From the NCBI GenBank assembly GCA_963743305.1, contig CAVUPH010000014.1, positions 352,001 through 416,000 of the forward strand: 64,000 nucleotides of DNA, read 5' to 3'. The notes beneath the pieces are model-generated. The model was not told where the DNA came from. It searched no databases and saw nothing but the letters and a program-made list of their open reading frames with translations. A program made the translations under genes and the position numbers. The DNA comes from an uncultured delta proteobacterium (lineage in GTDB: Bacteria; Desulfobacterota; RBG-13-43-22). This document shows positions 43,260 to 53,519 of this stretch, in pieces. Positions within the stretch are counted from its first letter, which is position 1. Every line of letters begins with the position of its first letter.

Positions 43260-43982
43260 ATGCGGCCAGCCCCTCCGGAAAAGATTATTGAACTGCCGGA
43301 TTTCCGAGATCAAGTCCGGATTTTTCGAAACCGGGATCACGCTGGCCGGGTGGTGGCCGGTATGCTGGAAAAATTTAAGGAGACCGATTCCCTGGTCCTG
43401 GCGATTCCTTCGGGCGGGGTCCCGGTGGGGGTGGCCATTGCCGAAGAATTGAACCTGCCGCTGGAGGCCGCCGTGGTCAGCAAGATTACCCTGCCCTGGA
43501 ACACGGAGGCCGGGTATGGAGCCGTGGCTTTCGACGGTACGGTGCGGATCAACGAGGACCTGCTGCCCCACCTGCGGTTGAGCGAACAGCAGATCGCCGA
43601 GGGGATCGAGAAGACCCGGCAGAAAGTGCAACGGCGGGTCAGTAAATTTCTGGGGAGACGGCCTTTCCCGGATCTCACCCGTAAAGCCGTCATCCTGGTG
43701 GACGACGGCTTGGCCTCCGGGTTCACCTTGCTGGTGTCGATAGAGGCTGTTCGCCGCCTGGGGTCCGGGGAGATCATCATCGCCGTACCGACCGGCAGCG
43801 CCGACCGGGTGCGCAAGGTGGCGCGGGAGGTGGATGCCCTCTACTGCGCCAATATCCGCGAAGGCTGGGGGTTTGCCGTGGCCGAGGCCTATCGGCGCTG
43901 GGTTGACCTGGAGGAAGAGGAGGCCGTACGGCTATTCAAGGATTATCAGGTTCACTTTGAGAAGGCCCCTATCCCCAGTTGA
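43260..43982 (+). CDS. Phosphoribosyltransferase family protein
   Basis: FRNRDHAGR, LAIPSGGVPV, PRPP loop ILVDDGLASGFT. Confidence 0.85.
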   Translation: MRPAPPEKIIELPDFRDQVRIFRNRDHAGRVVAGMLEKFKETDSLVLAIPSGGVPVGVAIAEELNLPLEAAVVSKITLPWNTEAGYGAVAFDGTVRINEDLLPHLRLSEQQIAEGIEKTRQKVQRRVSKFLGRRPFPDLTRKAVILVDDGLASGFTLLVSIEAVRRLGSGEIIIAVPTGSADRVRKVAREVDALYCANIREGWGFAVAEAYRRWVDLEEEEAVRLFKDYQVHFEKAPIPS

Positions 43983-43989
43983 AAAACCA

Positions 43990-44040
43990 GATTCGTCGCT
44001 CTCGCTCAAAATGACATACTCTCCCTGACGGACTTTTTGC
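43990..44040. repeat. Dispersed repeat (GATTC...AATGAC-N9-CTGACGGACTTTTTGC), copy 1
   Basis: 16-bp exact match and identical spacing to the copy at 62848-62910. Confidence 0.6.
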
Positions 44041-44063
44041 GATTCGGTCACAATTAAGAATTG

Positions 44064-44843
44064 CTATTCTTCTTTCCACTCCGGCTGTCTCTTTTCAATG
44101 GAAGCTGTCATGCCTTCGATGGCGTCGGGCCACTGGGCCTGGGAGGCCATCAACTCCTTGGCATAATGATAGGCTTGGCGTTCGGGCATGTCGCTCTGCT
44201 GGTAGAAATGCTGCTTGGCCGTACCCAGGACCAGGATACTGTACTGGGCAATTTCCCGGGCTAGCTTCCAGGTCTCTTCTTCGAGTTTTTCATCGGCGAC
44301 CACGCGGTTGATCAAACCCCACTCCAGGGCCTGTTGGGCGCTAATAAAGTTTCCGGTGAAAAGCATCTCCAGGCAGCGCTTGGAGCCGATCGCCCGGCTG
44401 ACGGCCACCGTGGGCGTAGAACAGTTGTAGCCGATCTTGACCCCGGTCATGGCAAACTGGGCTTTTTTTTCACCGGCCACGCCCAGGTCGCAGCCGGCGA
44501 CCAGGTGACAGCCCCCGGCCATGGCGATCCCCTGGACCTGGGCGATAACCGGCTGGGGGATGGACCGCAAGGCGTCGTACATATCGATGCAGGTTTGAAA
44601 GAACCGGCGGACGTCGTTGATCGGCTGGTTCAGAATCTCCAAGCGGTCATGGCCGGAGCAGAACAGATCCCCTGCGGCCTTGATGATGATCACCCGGACG
44701 GTTTTTTCGTGGCCGGCCACTTTCAAGCAATGGGTCATTTCCAGTTCGGCCTGGATGCCCAGAGCATTGCGCTTCTCCGGCCGGTTCAAAGTCAAGATGC
44801 CAATTTGTTCTTTTTCTTCATAAAGGATGTGCTGGTAGGACAT
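44064..44843 (-). CDS. Crotonase/enoyl-CoA hydratase family protein (ECHDC3-like)
   Basis: LNRPEKRNAL, FCSGHD, AGGCHLVAGCDL and WGLINRVV motifs. Confidence 0.88.
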   Translation of the reverse strand: MSYQHILYEEKEQIGILTLNRPEKRNALGIQAELEMTHCLKVAGHEKTVRVIIIKAAGDLFCSGHDRLEILNQPINDVRRFFQTCIDMYDALRSIPQPVIAQVQGIAMAGGCHLVAGCDLGVAGEKKAQFAMTGVKIGYNCSTPTVAVSRAIGSKRCLEMLFTGNFISAQQALEWGLINRVVADEKLEEETWKLAREIAQYSILVLGTAKQHFYQQSDMPERQAYHYAKELMASQAQWPDAIEGMTASIEKRQPEWKEE

Positions 44844-44879
44844 GAGGACCTCCTAAAAAACAAATGGGGGGAATTAATT

Positions 44880-44972
44880 ATGGAAGATTGGAATAATGGA
44901 ATAATGGGGAAAAAAGCCCCGGAGTCTGAAGTCTTAATCGTTATTCCACTATTCCAGCATTCCATTACTTCC
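44880..44972. repeat. Inverted arrays of TGGAATAA-type octamers (MITE/REP-like)
   Basis: ATGGAAGA-TTGGAATA-ATGGAATA-ATGG ... TTATTCCA-CTATTCCA-GCATTCCA-TTACTTCC. Confidence 0.65.
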
Positions 44973-44998
44973 CGACAAGTGATTTCTCTGTTAACCGG

Positions 44999-46513
44999 TT
45001 ACCGGGCTGTTTCCCGATCCCGGAGCAGCCGCCGCAGGGCCTTGCCGGCTGCGGACCGGGGTATCTCGTCAATGAACTCCACAGCCGACGGGACTTTGTA
45101 GGGGGCCATTTTGGCCTTGCAGAAAGCCCGGATTTCTTCGGCGGTGGCCGTCTCACCTTCCTTGATCTGGATGAAAGCCTTCGGGGTCTCTCCCTTAAGT
45201 TCATCGGCGATGCCGACGACGACCACATCCTTAATCCGGGGATGGGCCAGCATCATATCCTCCACCTCGGAGGGGAAGACCTTTTCCCCACCCACATTGA
45301 TCATGTCTTTCAGGCGATCAACGATATAGGCATAACCCTCTTCATCCAGGTAGGCGATGTCCCCCGAGTGGAACCAGCCTTCGCCATCAAAGACCTGCCG
45401 GGTGGCCTCGGGTTTGTTCAGATACCCGCGGGTGACACAGGTCCCCCGCACGCAAAGTTCTCCCTGCTCCCCCGGGGAAAGGGTCCGGCCGCTGGGATCG
45501 ACCACTTTCATCTGGGCATCGGCCATTCCTCGTCCGCAGGAGCCGATCCGGGTTTCGGTGTAGGGGGAGGTGGCGCCCACGCAGGAGACCTCGGTCAGGC
45601 CCCAGGCTTCAGCGTAACGCCAGTTCATTTTTTCCTGGACCTGGTGGATGAGATTTTCCGGCATTTTGGTGGCGGCGGACAGACAAAAGACCACGGAAGA
45701 GAGATCCCGTTGAGTCAGGTCCGGCTGCTTGAGGAGCAGGTTGTACATGGGGGGGACGCCGATAAAGATCGTGGGCCTTAAGCGCTCGATATCATTAACG
45801 GCTTTCTCGGGATAAAAACGCTCTACCGTGATCACCGTGCCTCCTCGGGAGAGCATGCCGAAGGTCCCATTGATCAAGCCCCAGCAATGGAAAATCGGGG
45901 TGGCCACCATAATGGTGTCCTGAGGGTTAAGATGGACTTTTCCGAACTCGACGGCGTTATGCCAAATGTTCAGATGGGTGGCCATTACCCCTTTAGGCCA
46001 TCCCGTGGTTCCGGAGGTGTACATGAGGTGGCAGGTATCGCTGCCTTTAGTTCCCGGGTCCGCGAAAACGGGGTCCGTTTCCCGCAGAATGGTTTCAAAG
46101 GCGGCATAGGCCGATTTTCCCGATTTCTTCAACGGGATCACTGTGCTCAAAGAGGGGATCTTCGGTTGAATGGACTCGATGATCGGGAATCGGGTTTCGT
46201 CCACCAGGACCGCCCTGGATTGGCAGTCCTTGAGAATGTAGGCCACTTCCTGGTCTTTGAGCAGGGCATTGACCACGTTGACGATCAATCCGGCTCGGAT
46301 CGTTCCCAGATACCCGATGATCAACTCCGGAAGGCTGGGGAGAAAGAGGGACAAGACGTCCCCTTTCTGCAATCCCAGTTTCAGGAATCCGGCAGCCGCC
46401 CGATCGATCAGCGAATCGAGTTCCGCGTAAGAGATGCGCCGATCTTCGAAGACAATCGCGGTTTTTTGAGGGGTATCTTTTAAAGGTTTATTGATGATTC
46501 GGGAAACATTCAT
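44999..46513 (-). CDS. AMP-forming acyl-CoA ligase (long-chain fatty-acid/aryl-CoA ligase family)
   Basis: YTSGTTGWPKG, WGLTE, FHSGD, IVDRLKDMI and RSAAGK motifs. Confidence 0.9.
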   Translation of the reverse strand: MNVSRIINKPLKDTPQKTAIVFEDRRISYAELDSLIDRAAAGFLKLGLQKGDVLSLFLPSLPELIIGYLGTIRAGLIVNVVNALLKDQEVAYILKDCQSRAVLVDETRFPIIESIQPKIPSLSTVIPLKKSGKSAYAAFETILRETDPVFADPGTKGSDTCHLMYTSGTTGWPKGVMATHLNIWHNAVEFGKVHLNPQDTIMVATPIFHCWGLINGTFGMLSRGGTVITVERFYPEKAVNDIERLRPTIFIGVPPMYNLLLKQPDLTQRDLSSVVFCLSAATKMPENLIHQVQEKMNWRYAEAWGLTEVSCVGATSPYTETRIGSCGRGMADAQMKVVDPSGRTLSPGEQGELCVRGTCVTRGYLNKPEATRQVFDGEGWFHSGDIAYLDEEGYAYIVDRLKDMINVGGEKVFPSEVEDMMLAHPRIKDVVVVGIADELKGETPKAFIQIKEGETATAEEIRAFCKAKMAPYKVPSAVEFIDEIPRSAAGKALRRLLRDRETAR

Positions 46514-46614
46514 ATCTTATCGAAACTCCTTGCTTTTTGCAAAACTTATAATTAATGTCTGGGATTGTCAATATTTTTCCCTTTGGCCGATAGACGAAGC
46601 AGGAGGACAAAACC

Positions 46615-49242
46615 TTGAAGGACCATATCCCCTTGGGCGTCGGGTTTTACCCGGACTGGTGGAACAAGCATTACGGCATCTCGTACGACCGGAATTATTA
46701 TTTCGACCCGGAAACCCGGATCGCGGCCCGTTTGGAAATGGACCAAAGACTGCACGAACGTTTTGGGGACGTCGGCCTGGGAGACCCGGACCCGAAGCCC
46801 AAACCCTTCATCACCTTCGGCATGGTCATGCTGCCGGCCATTTTCGGCTGCGAGATCGTCTTCAAGAAGGACGCCCTGCCCTGGGCCCTGCCGCTAAACC
46901 TATCCGAAGACCGGATCATGAAACTGGAGGTCCCGGACATTAGTAAGGGCTATCCCCTGACCGAGATAATTAAGCAGATTGATTATCTCCAGGGTAAATA
47001 CGGGCGGGTCGTGGGGGATATCAACACGACCGGGGTGCAGAATCTGGCCCTGAAGCTGCGCGGCGAACAGCTTTATTTTGATTATTTTGAAAACCCGGAC
47101 CTCTGCCATCACCTGCTGAGGGTCTGCACCCGGGCCATCATCCAATTATTCCAATGGGTCTATAAAATTACCGGGACCGGGGCGCTGGACGTGACCCCCA
47201 TGTGCGACCCCCGGTTGTTTGTCCTGCCCAACTGCACGGTGGAGCAGGTTTCCCTGGCCACTTACGAAAAATTTAATCTACCCTATGACAATCAGGTGGC
47301 CAAGGCCTGTCATCCCCTGGGTATTCACCATTGCGGATCGGTGAACCAGGTACTGGAGGGTTATGCCCGGGTCCGCCATCTGAAATTCTTAGAGATCGGT
47401 TTCGGATCGGACGTCCGGCGGACCCGCGAGGTCCTGGGGCCCAAGGTGGCGGTCAACGCCCGCATCAACCCCGTCCTGATGAAGAACGGGACCCCGGAAG
47501 AGGTCTCCCAAGAAGTGCGCCGGTTGATCGACCAGGGCGATCCTCTGAAAAATTTTTCCATCGATACGGTCGGGCTGACCTTTGGTACCCCCGATGAAAA
47601 TGTGAAGGCGGCCCGGCAGGCGGCGGCCGACTATGGAAAAATTATGAAAAAGATGACTTCCATAAATAAAAAAGTCTTGGTTTCAGGCTTAGCAAAAAAA
47701 AGGAAGCTCCTGGAAACAGCCGTTCAGAGCCCCACCCGGACGGTATGGATCGGGTCTCACCATCCTCTGGTGATCATCGGTGAACGGATCAATCCGACCG
47801 GACGGAAAAAACTGGCCCGGGCCCTGGAGGAAGGGGACCTGAAAATGGTGCAGGAAGAGGCTCTGGCCCAGGTTCGGGAAGGGGCGCATATTCTGGACGT
47901 CAATGTCGGGGTTTCCGGGATTGATGAACCGCAGGTCCTTGCGGAGGCCGTCCGGGCCATTCAGGAAGTGACCGATATTCCGCTCTGCCTCGACTCGGCC
48001 CTGCCCCGGGCACTGGAAGCCGGCCTGGAAGTCTATCGGGGCAAGGCTCTGGTGAATTCCGTGAACGGCGAGCAGGAAAAGCTGGAGCGGATTCTGCCCC
48101 TGGTCAAGGCCAACGGAGCGGCGGTGATAGGTCTGACCATGGACGAGCGGGGGATCCCCTCGAAGGCCGAGGACCGACTGGAGATCGCCCGAACCATTGT
48201 GAAGCGTGCTGAAAAAATGGGAATATCCCGGGAAGACGTGATCATCGATCCCCTGGCCATGGCCCTGAGCGCCGACCACCTTACCGCCCTGGAAACCCTG
48301 AAGGCCCTGTGGATGATCCGCGAAGAACTGGGCGTCAACCTGACCCTCGGCCTATCCAATATTTCCTTCGGTCTGCCGGACCGCACGGCGATCAACGCGG
48401 CCTTTTTAAATATGGCGGTTTGGAGCGGGCTCACTTGCGCCATCATGGATCCCACGGTTCGGGAGATGCGTGGAGCCGCCCTGCTGGGGGATCTGCTGCT
48501 GGGCAAAGATGAAAACTGCCTGAGATACATCGCGGTAAGGGGCCGAATGGGTGGAGGTGAGGATGCGGCGCCGTCGCGACCGGCTGCGGCCGAGGCCCCC
48601 TCCGGCGACCTGGAAAAGCTGAAGGCGGCGGTGATCGACGGGAAACGCAGGGAGGCGGAAGACCTCACCCGCCAGGTCCTGGAAGAAGGGACCGACCCGC
48701 AGGAGATCATCCAGGGGACGCTGATCCCGGCCCTGAACGTGGTGGGGGAGCGTTTCGAAAACCGGAAGATCTTCGTACCGGAAATGATGGTCTCGGCCAA
48801 GGCCATGCAGGCCTGCGTGGATCTGGTCAAGCCTCATTTACGGCAGGGGGCCGCGCAAGTGCCGCTGGCGACCATCGTGTTGGGCACGGTATTCGGTGAT
48901 CTCCACGACATCGGAAAAAACCTGGTGAAGCTGCTCCTGGAATCGGCCGGCTTCCGGGTGGTCGATCTGGGGGAAAACGTCCCGGCCGAGCGGTTCGTGG
49001 CGGCGGCCCGGGAACATCAGGCCCGGGTGGTCGGACTGTCATCGCTCCTGACCACCGGCGATCCTTTTGTGGAGCAGACTATCAAGGCGATTAAGGCCAG
49101 CGACATCGCCGGAACGGTCAAGGTGGTCTGCGGCGGCGCGGCCCTCACCCCGAAATTCGTCCTGGAAACATGCGGCGCCGACGCCCACGCCAAAGACGCC
49201 GCCGACGGGTTGAAGAAGATCAAGGAGATGGTGAGAATATAA
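46615..49242 (+). CDS. Multidomain corrinoid methyltransferase: UroD/MtaA-family domain, pterin-binding methyltransferase, B12 cap and B12-binding domain
   Basis: Residues ~1-343 form a UroD-like barrel (HHCG). Next come IGERINPTG, DVNVG, LDS, NSVNGE and GLSNISFGLP (MetH/AcsE pterin domain), then GDLHDIGKNLV (DxHxxG), SSLLTT and CGGA. AGGAGG RBS and TTG start. May be two genes, with the junction near 47644. Confidence 0.82.
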   Translation: MKDHIPLGVGFYPDWWNKHYGISYDRNYYFDPETRIAARLEMDQRLHERFGDVGLGDPDPKPKPFITFGMVMLPAIFGCEIVFKKDALPWALPLNLSEDRIMKLEVPDISKGYPLTEIIKQIDYLQGKYGRVVGDINTTGVQNLALKLRGEQLYFDYFENPDLCHHLLRVCTRAIIQLFQWVYKITGTGALDVTPMCDPRLFVLPNCTVEQVSLATYEKFNLPYDNQVAKACHPLGIHHCGSVNQVLEGYARVRHLKFLEIGFGSDVRRTREVLGPKVAVNARINPVLMKNGTPEEVSQEVRRLIDQGDPLKNFSIDTVGLTFGTPDENVKAARQAAADYGKIMKKMTSINKKVLVSGLAKKRKLLETAVQSPTRTVWIGSHHPLVIIGERINPTGRKKLARALEEGDLKMVQEEALAQVREGAHILDVNVGVSGIDEPQVLAEAVRAIQEVTDIPLCLDSALPRALEAGLEVYRGKALVNSVNGEQEKLERILPLVKANGAAVIGLTMDERGIPSKAEDRLEIARTIVKRAEKMGISREDVIIDPLAMALSADHLTALETLKALWMIREELGVNLTLGLSNISFGLPDRTAINAAFLNMAVWSGLTCAIMDPTVREMRGAALLGDLLLGKDENCLRYIAVRGRMGGGEDAAPSRPAAAEAPSGDLEKLKAAVIDGKRREAEDLTRQVLEEGTDPQEIIQGTLIPALNVVGERFENRKIFVPEMMVSAKAMQACVDLVKPHLRQGAAQVPLATIVLGTVFGDLHDIGKNLVKLLLESAGFRVVDLGENVPAERFVAAAREHQARVVGLSSLLTTGDPFVEQTIKAIKASDIAGTVKVVCGGAALTPKFVLETCGADAHAKDAADGLKKIKEMVRI

Positions 49243-49281
49243 TTCAAAAGGGTTACGAACTTTTTTGTCCTCAGTCCTTTT

Positions 49282-51136
49282 ATGGTCTCCATACTTTTCC
49301 TGCCTTTTCAAAAATCAATCGAGGCCGACGGCCAGCGGACCCTGCTGGAACTGGCCCGGGAGTTGGGTTTGCCGCTGCAGACCGCCTGCGGGGGGAAGAA
49401 GATCTGTGGACGGTGCCGGGTCATCATCGAGGAAAGCCGGGAGCCTTTACCGCCGCCTACGGGAAGGGAACGGGAGTCCCTGGGGGATTTGGTTGAAAAT
49501 GGCTACCGGCTGGCCTGTGAAACAATCTTGTCCGGCGAGGCCCAAGTCCGCATTCCGGAAAAGAGTCAAACCCATCCACCCGTTATCTTAACTTCTGACG
49601 GGTTCGGCGAACTCCCGGTCCGTCTACGGCCCACGGTGGAACCGTATTATCTGGAGGTGCCGCCTCCGGTCCTGGGGCGGGTGACCGCCGATCTGGAAAG
49701 ACTGCTTCAAGCCCTGGAAGCGGGTTATGGGTTGAAAATAGAGTGATGTCGACCCGCTCGTTCTGCCGCACCTCCCCCAAACCCTTCGGGCCAGGGAAAA
49801 CGGGGTCACGGCGGCCGTACGGAACGGCCGGGAGGTAGTGGGGTTATTCCCGGGACGGGAAGAACGGCTGCTGGGCCTGGCCGTGGATATCGGGACGACC
49901 ACGCTGGTGGCCTATCTCCTCGATCTTCAGAGCGGAAGGCGCCTGGCGGTCTCTTCGGGCCTGAACCCACAGGTTCATTTTGGCGACGATATTATCAGCC
50001 GGATCGCCTTTGGCCAGAAGGACCCGGAAGGAGCGGTTCAACTCCGGGAGGCCGTCAGGGTGGGAATCAATGATCTGATCGGCCGGGTGGTGGAAAAGGC
50101 CGGCGTCCGGACGGAGCTGATCCTGGAGGCGGCCGTGGTGGGAAATACGGCCATGCATCATTTTTTCCTGGGTTTGGAAACACAATTTTTGGCCAGGGCG
50201 CCGTACCCTCCGGTGGTCCAGGAAAGTTTGTTTATAAAGGCCCGCGACACCGGTCTGGCTATCAACCTTTCCGGAACGGTGCATCTGCTGCCGCTCAAGG
50301 CCGGGTTTGTCGGCAGCGATATCATCGCCGGCATTTTGGCCACGGGACTGCATAAGTCCAGCCGGGTCCGGCTGCTGATCGATTTGGGTACAAACGGGGA
50401 AATCGTTTTAGGAAATAAAGACCGGATCCTCTGTTGCTCCACGGCTGCCGGTCCGGCCTTCGAAGGCGGGCATATCCGCTGGGGCATGCGGGCCTCGGCC
50501 GGGGCAGTGGAAAAGGTGCGGATCGATCCGGGGTCCTTGGAGATCAGCCTGAAGACGATAGAGGACCAGCCTCCCCAGGGCCTCTGCGGATCCGGTATCC
50601 TTTCCCTGGTGGCCGAGATGATCCGGAGAGGGGTTCTTCTGGCCAAGGGAAATTTTAATCCGGCGATCATCTCCCCTCGCTTGCGGATGGGCCTGGATGG
50701 GCAGGAGATGGTGCTCCTCCGCAACGGAGAGTCCCTGACCGACCAGGAGACCGTCTTTACTCAAAGGGATGTGGCTGAGGTACAAATGGCCAAGGCGGCC
50801 ATTCAAGCCGGCGTCGGTCTGCTGAAGGAATTGTTCGGGAATAATCCGATCGAGGAAATTCTTCTGGCCGGAGCCTTTGGGAATTATGCCGATCCCGAGG
50901 ATACCCGGACCCTGGGATTTATTCCGGCTTTACCGGCACCCAAGGTCCGCGGCGTGGGCAACGCGGCCGGATACGGGGCCTGCCTGACCCTGTTAAATAA
51001 AAACCGGGCGAAGGAAGCCGACCGGATCGCCCGAAAGTTGGAGTACGTGGAGCTGGCCGGGAACAGCCGGTTCCAGGAGCTGCTGGTGGACAGCTTGCTT
51101 TTTCCGGAGGCGAAGGATTATAAGGATTTTATTTAA
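49282..51136 (+). pseudogene. Second RACE/ASKHA corrinoid activator (2Fe-2S plus ASKHA), with a +1 frameshift near 49741 (probably a sequence error)
   Basis: CGGKKICGRC...RLAC in the first frame. After ATA-G-AGT the next frame reads DVDPLVLPHLPQTLR...DIGTTT, DLGTNGE, AGPAFEG, GLCGSG, AGAFG. Confidence 0.85.
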
Positions 51137-51181
51137 ACCGGAACGGGTAACGGTTGTGATTTTTACTGGAGGGGTATCAAT

Positions 51182-51331
51182 ATGCGCATCAAAGGCCTGG
51201 TGCTGCTCGGCGTCATGATTGCGGCCACAATCTTTTACTTATTCGCCGGGAATTTGAAAGGCTGCACCGTCACCCGGGTCGGCAACCAACCGACACAGGA
51301 CTCAAAAACCGTTGCACCTGAAAAGAGGTAA
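51182..51331 (+). CDS. Small (49 aa) single-pass membrane protein
   Basis: GGAGGGG RBS; MRIKGLVLLGVMIAATIFYLFAGNLKGCTVTRVGNQPTQDSKTVAPEKR*; shorter than any ORF in the track. Confidence 0.6.
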   Translation: MRIKGLVLLGVMIAATIFYLFAGNLKGCTVTRVGNQPTQDSKTVAPEKR

Positions 51332-51332
51332 T

Positions 51333-52022
51333 TCAACCCAGTATGATCAAGGCATCCACTGCGATGGGTTGGCCGTCCGGTTGAATTTTCAAGGGATTGA
51401 TGTCGATTTCACGAATGACGGGATTTTCCAGGCCTATGGTTCCCAAGGCGATTAAAATATCGGCTAAGGCTTCCCGATCAACCGGCGGCATCCCCCGAAA
51501 GGTGTCCAGGATCTTTCGGCCGCGAAATTCTTCCATCATTTGCCGGGCGTCCCAGCGGGACAGCGGCGCCACCCGGAAAGCCACATCTTCCAAAGCCTCC
51601 GTGTAAATTCCCCCTAACCCGATCATCACACTGGGCCCGAACTGAGGATCGCGAACCAGTCCGGCTACCAACTCTCGCTCGCCCGCTACCATCTGCTGCA
51701 CCAGCATTTGCTTCAACGGCACTTGGGTAGCGGCGGCAAGCTGCTCATAGGCTTCCCTGAGGGCCGAATCGTCTTTTAGACCGAGCTTAACCAGACCCAA
51801 TTCCGTTTTGTGAAGCACTTCCTCCCCCGAGCCTTTGAGCGCCAGCGGATAGCCGATGGCCGCGGCCGCCGCCAGGGCCGCCTTCAAGGAGCTAACGGCT
51901 TTCTCGGGTGTAGTCGGAATACCATAGTCCGCAAGAAACCGTTTGGAATGGTACTCGCTCAGGGCGCGGGCGCCGCGCGATCGGGCCTGTTGAAGTACTT
52001 CGTCTCGGAGCGCCACGGTCAA
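51333..52022 (-). CDS. ADP-forming acyl-CoA synthetase, beta (ATP-grasp) subunit
   Basis: SEYHSK, GYPLALK, HKTELG, DPQFGP, EIDINPL and AVDA motifs. Confidence 0.9.
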   Translation of the reverse strand: MTVALRDEVLQQARSRGARALSEYHSKRFLADYGIPTTPEKAVSSLKAALAAAAAIGYPLALKGSGEEVLHKTELGLVKLGLKDDSALREAYEQLAAATQVPLKQMLVQQMVAGERELVAGLVRDPQFGPSVMIGLGGIYTEALEDVAFRVAPLSRWDARQMMEEFRGRKILDTFRGMPPVDREALADILIALGTIGLENPVIREIDINPLKIQPDGQPIAVDALIILG

Positions 52023-53488
52023 TCCTCCTCCCGGGCGTTTAGAAATTTCCCGTAATCGACCATCATTCGCAGGACCCGCACCGCCCTTTCCGGCGTAGGG
52101 TAGGAGGCCAAGCCGTAGACTTCCATTGATTCCTTATGGAAATCCTGGGAACCCATGGTCACCGAAATGATGGGCTTTCCGGTTTCCTTGATTAAGGACC
52201 CGGTGAAATTCATGACTTTGTGGTGGCTTTCCTGATAATAGGCGGCGATCTGTTTCAAGAGTCCTTCCTGGGCCTTCAACTGTTCCTGGAAGCGGGGCTT
52301 GTCCGAAACCCGTCCGGGGATGCTGGCCCGTCCTCCCAGGGCGATGATCGCGTCGATCCCCTTCCAGCGGGCCAGTGTCTCCAGGCATTCCATGAAGGGT
52401 TCGGCGGTGATGACGGCGGCCATGTCCACCGGGTTGTTGCGGCTCCAGTACCGGGGGAGAATTTTATCCAGCTTGTGGATAATTTCTTCGGGAAGCGGGG
52501 GGACGATCAATCCGGCTTCCTCGCAGGCATCGGTAGTGATTACCCCCCAACCGCCGCCCCGGGTCAAAATCGCCACCCGGTTTCCACGGGGGATCGGGAA
52601 GAGGGTCAGGGCCTTGGTGCAATCCATGATTTCCTGGGTGGTTGAGGCCTCGATTAAGCCCGTTTGCCGAAAGACCCCCTGATAGATGCGGTAGGAGCCG
52701 GCCAGGGCACCGCTGTGGGAGGCGGCGGCCCGCGTGCCGGCTTGGGTCCGGCCCCCCTTGAAGACCACTACCGGTTTTTTTTGGGAAGCCTCCCTGGCCG
52801 CGGGCAGGAAGTCGGAGTCGGCATCAACCCCTTCCAGGTAGGCCAGGATAACCCGGGTCGCAGCATCCTCGGCGAAGTACTTCAGGTAGTCTACGCAGGT
52901 CAGGTCCCCTTCATTGCCGCTGCTGACAAACTTCTCAAAACCGATGCCGGCCTCCACCCCCCAGGCCAGTATCTGGGTGCCAATGTTCCCGCTTTGGGAA
53001 AACATGGAGACCGGCCCCGGAAGCGGCTCCACCGGCGGCATCAGGGCATGAAGGCTGGACTGGGCGCTGAAAAGACCCATGGTATTGGGGCCCACCAGGC
53101 GGATACCATACCCCCGAGCCTTGGCTACCACCATCTGCTCCAGGGCCGCGCCTTCGACCCCGGTTTCACTGAAATCCGAGGTGATGACTACCAGATTGGG
53201 GATCTTTTTGGCGCCACAGGCATCGATCAATCCCAGGACGGTTTCCGCCGGGGTGGCGATAACGGCCAGGTCTACGGGACCGGGGATATCCTCAATTTTG
53301 GCAAAACAGGGAACCCCTAAAACCTCCTTGGCCCGGGCATTGACCGGGTAAATCGTACCCTGGTAATTGCCTTTGAGGATATTTAAGAAAACGAAGAAGC
53401 CCCACTTGCCTGGGGTGCCGGAGGCGCCGATCAAAGCCATCTGATGCGGATTGAAGAGCAGGTCGAGATTCGGGAGTGTTTTTTCCAT
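52019..53488 (-). CDS. ADP-forming acyl-CoA synthetase, alpha (CoA-binding) subunit
   Basis: IGAS, GPNTMG, SQSG, phospho-His in ASHSGALAG, NPVD. Confidence 0.9.
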   Translation of the reverse strand: MEKTLPNLDLLFNPHQMALIGASGTPGKWGFFVFLNILKGNYQGTIYPVNARAKEVLGVPCFAKIEDIPGPVDLAVIATPAETVLGLIDACGAKKIPNLVVITSDFSETGVEGAALEQMVVAKARGYGIRLVGPNTMGLFSAQSSLHALMPPVEPLPGPVSMFSQSGNIGTQILAWGVEAGIGFEKFVSSGNEGDLTCVDYLKYFAEDAATRVILAYLEGVDADSDFLPAAREASQKKPVVVFKGGRTQAGTRAAASHSGALAGSYRIYQGVFRQTGLIEASTTQEIMDCTKALTLFPIPRGNRVAILTRGGGWGVITTDACEEAGLIVPPLPEEIIHKLDKILPRYWSRNNPVDMAAVITAEPFMECLETLARWKGIDAIIALGGRASIPGRVSDKPRFQEQLKAQEGLLKQIAAYYQESHHKVMNFTGSLIKETGKPIISVTMGSQDFHKESMEVYGLASYPTPERAVRVLRMMVDYGKFLNAREED

Positions 53489-53519
53489 AATAATAAGGAT
53501 GCCAAAAGAAGGCAGTAAG

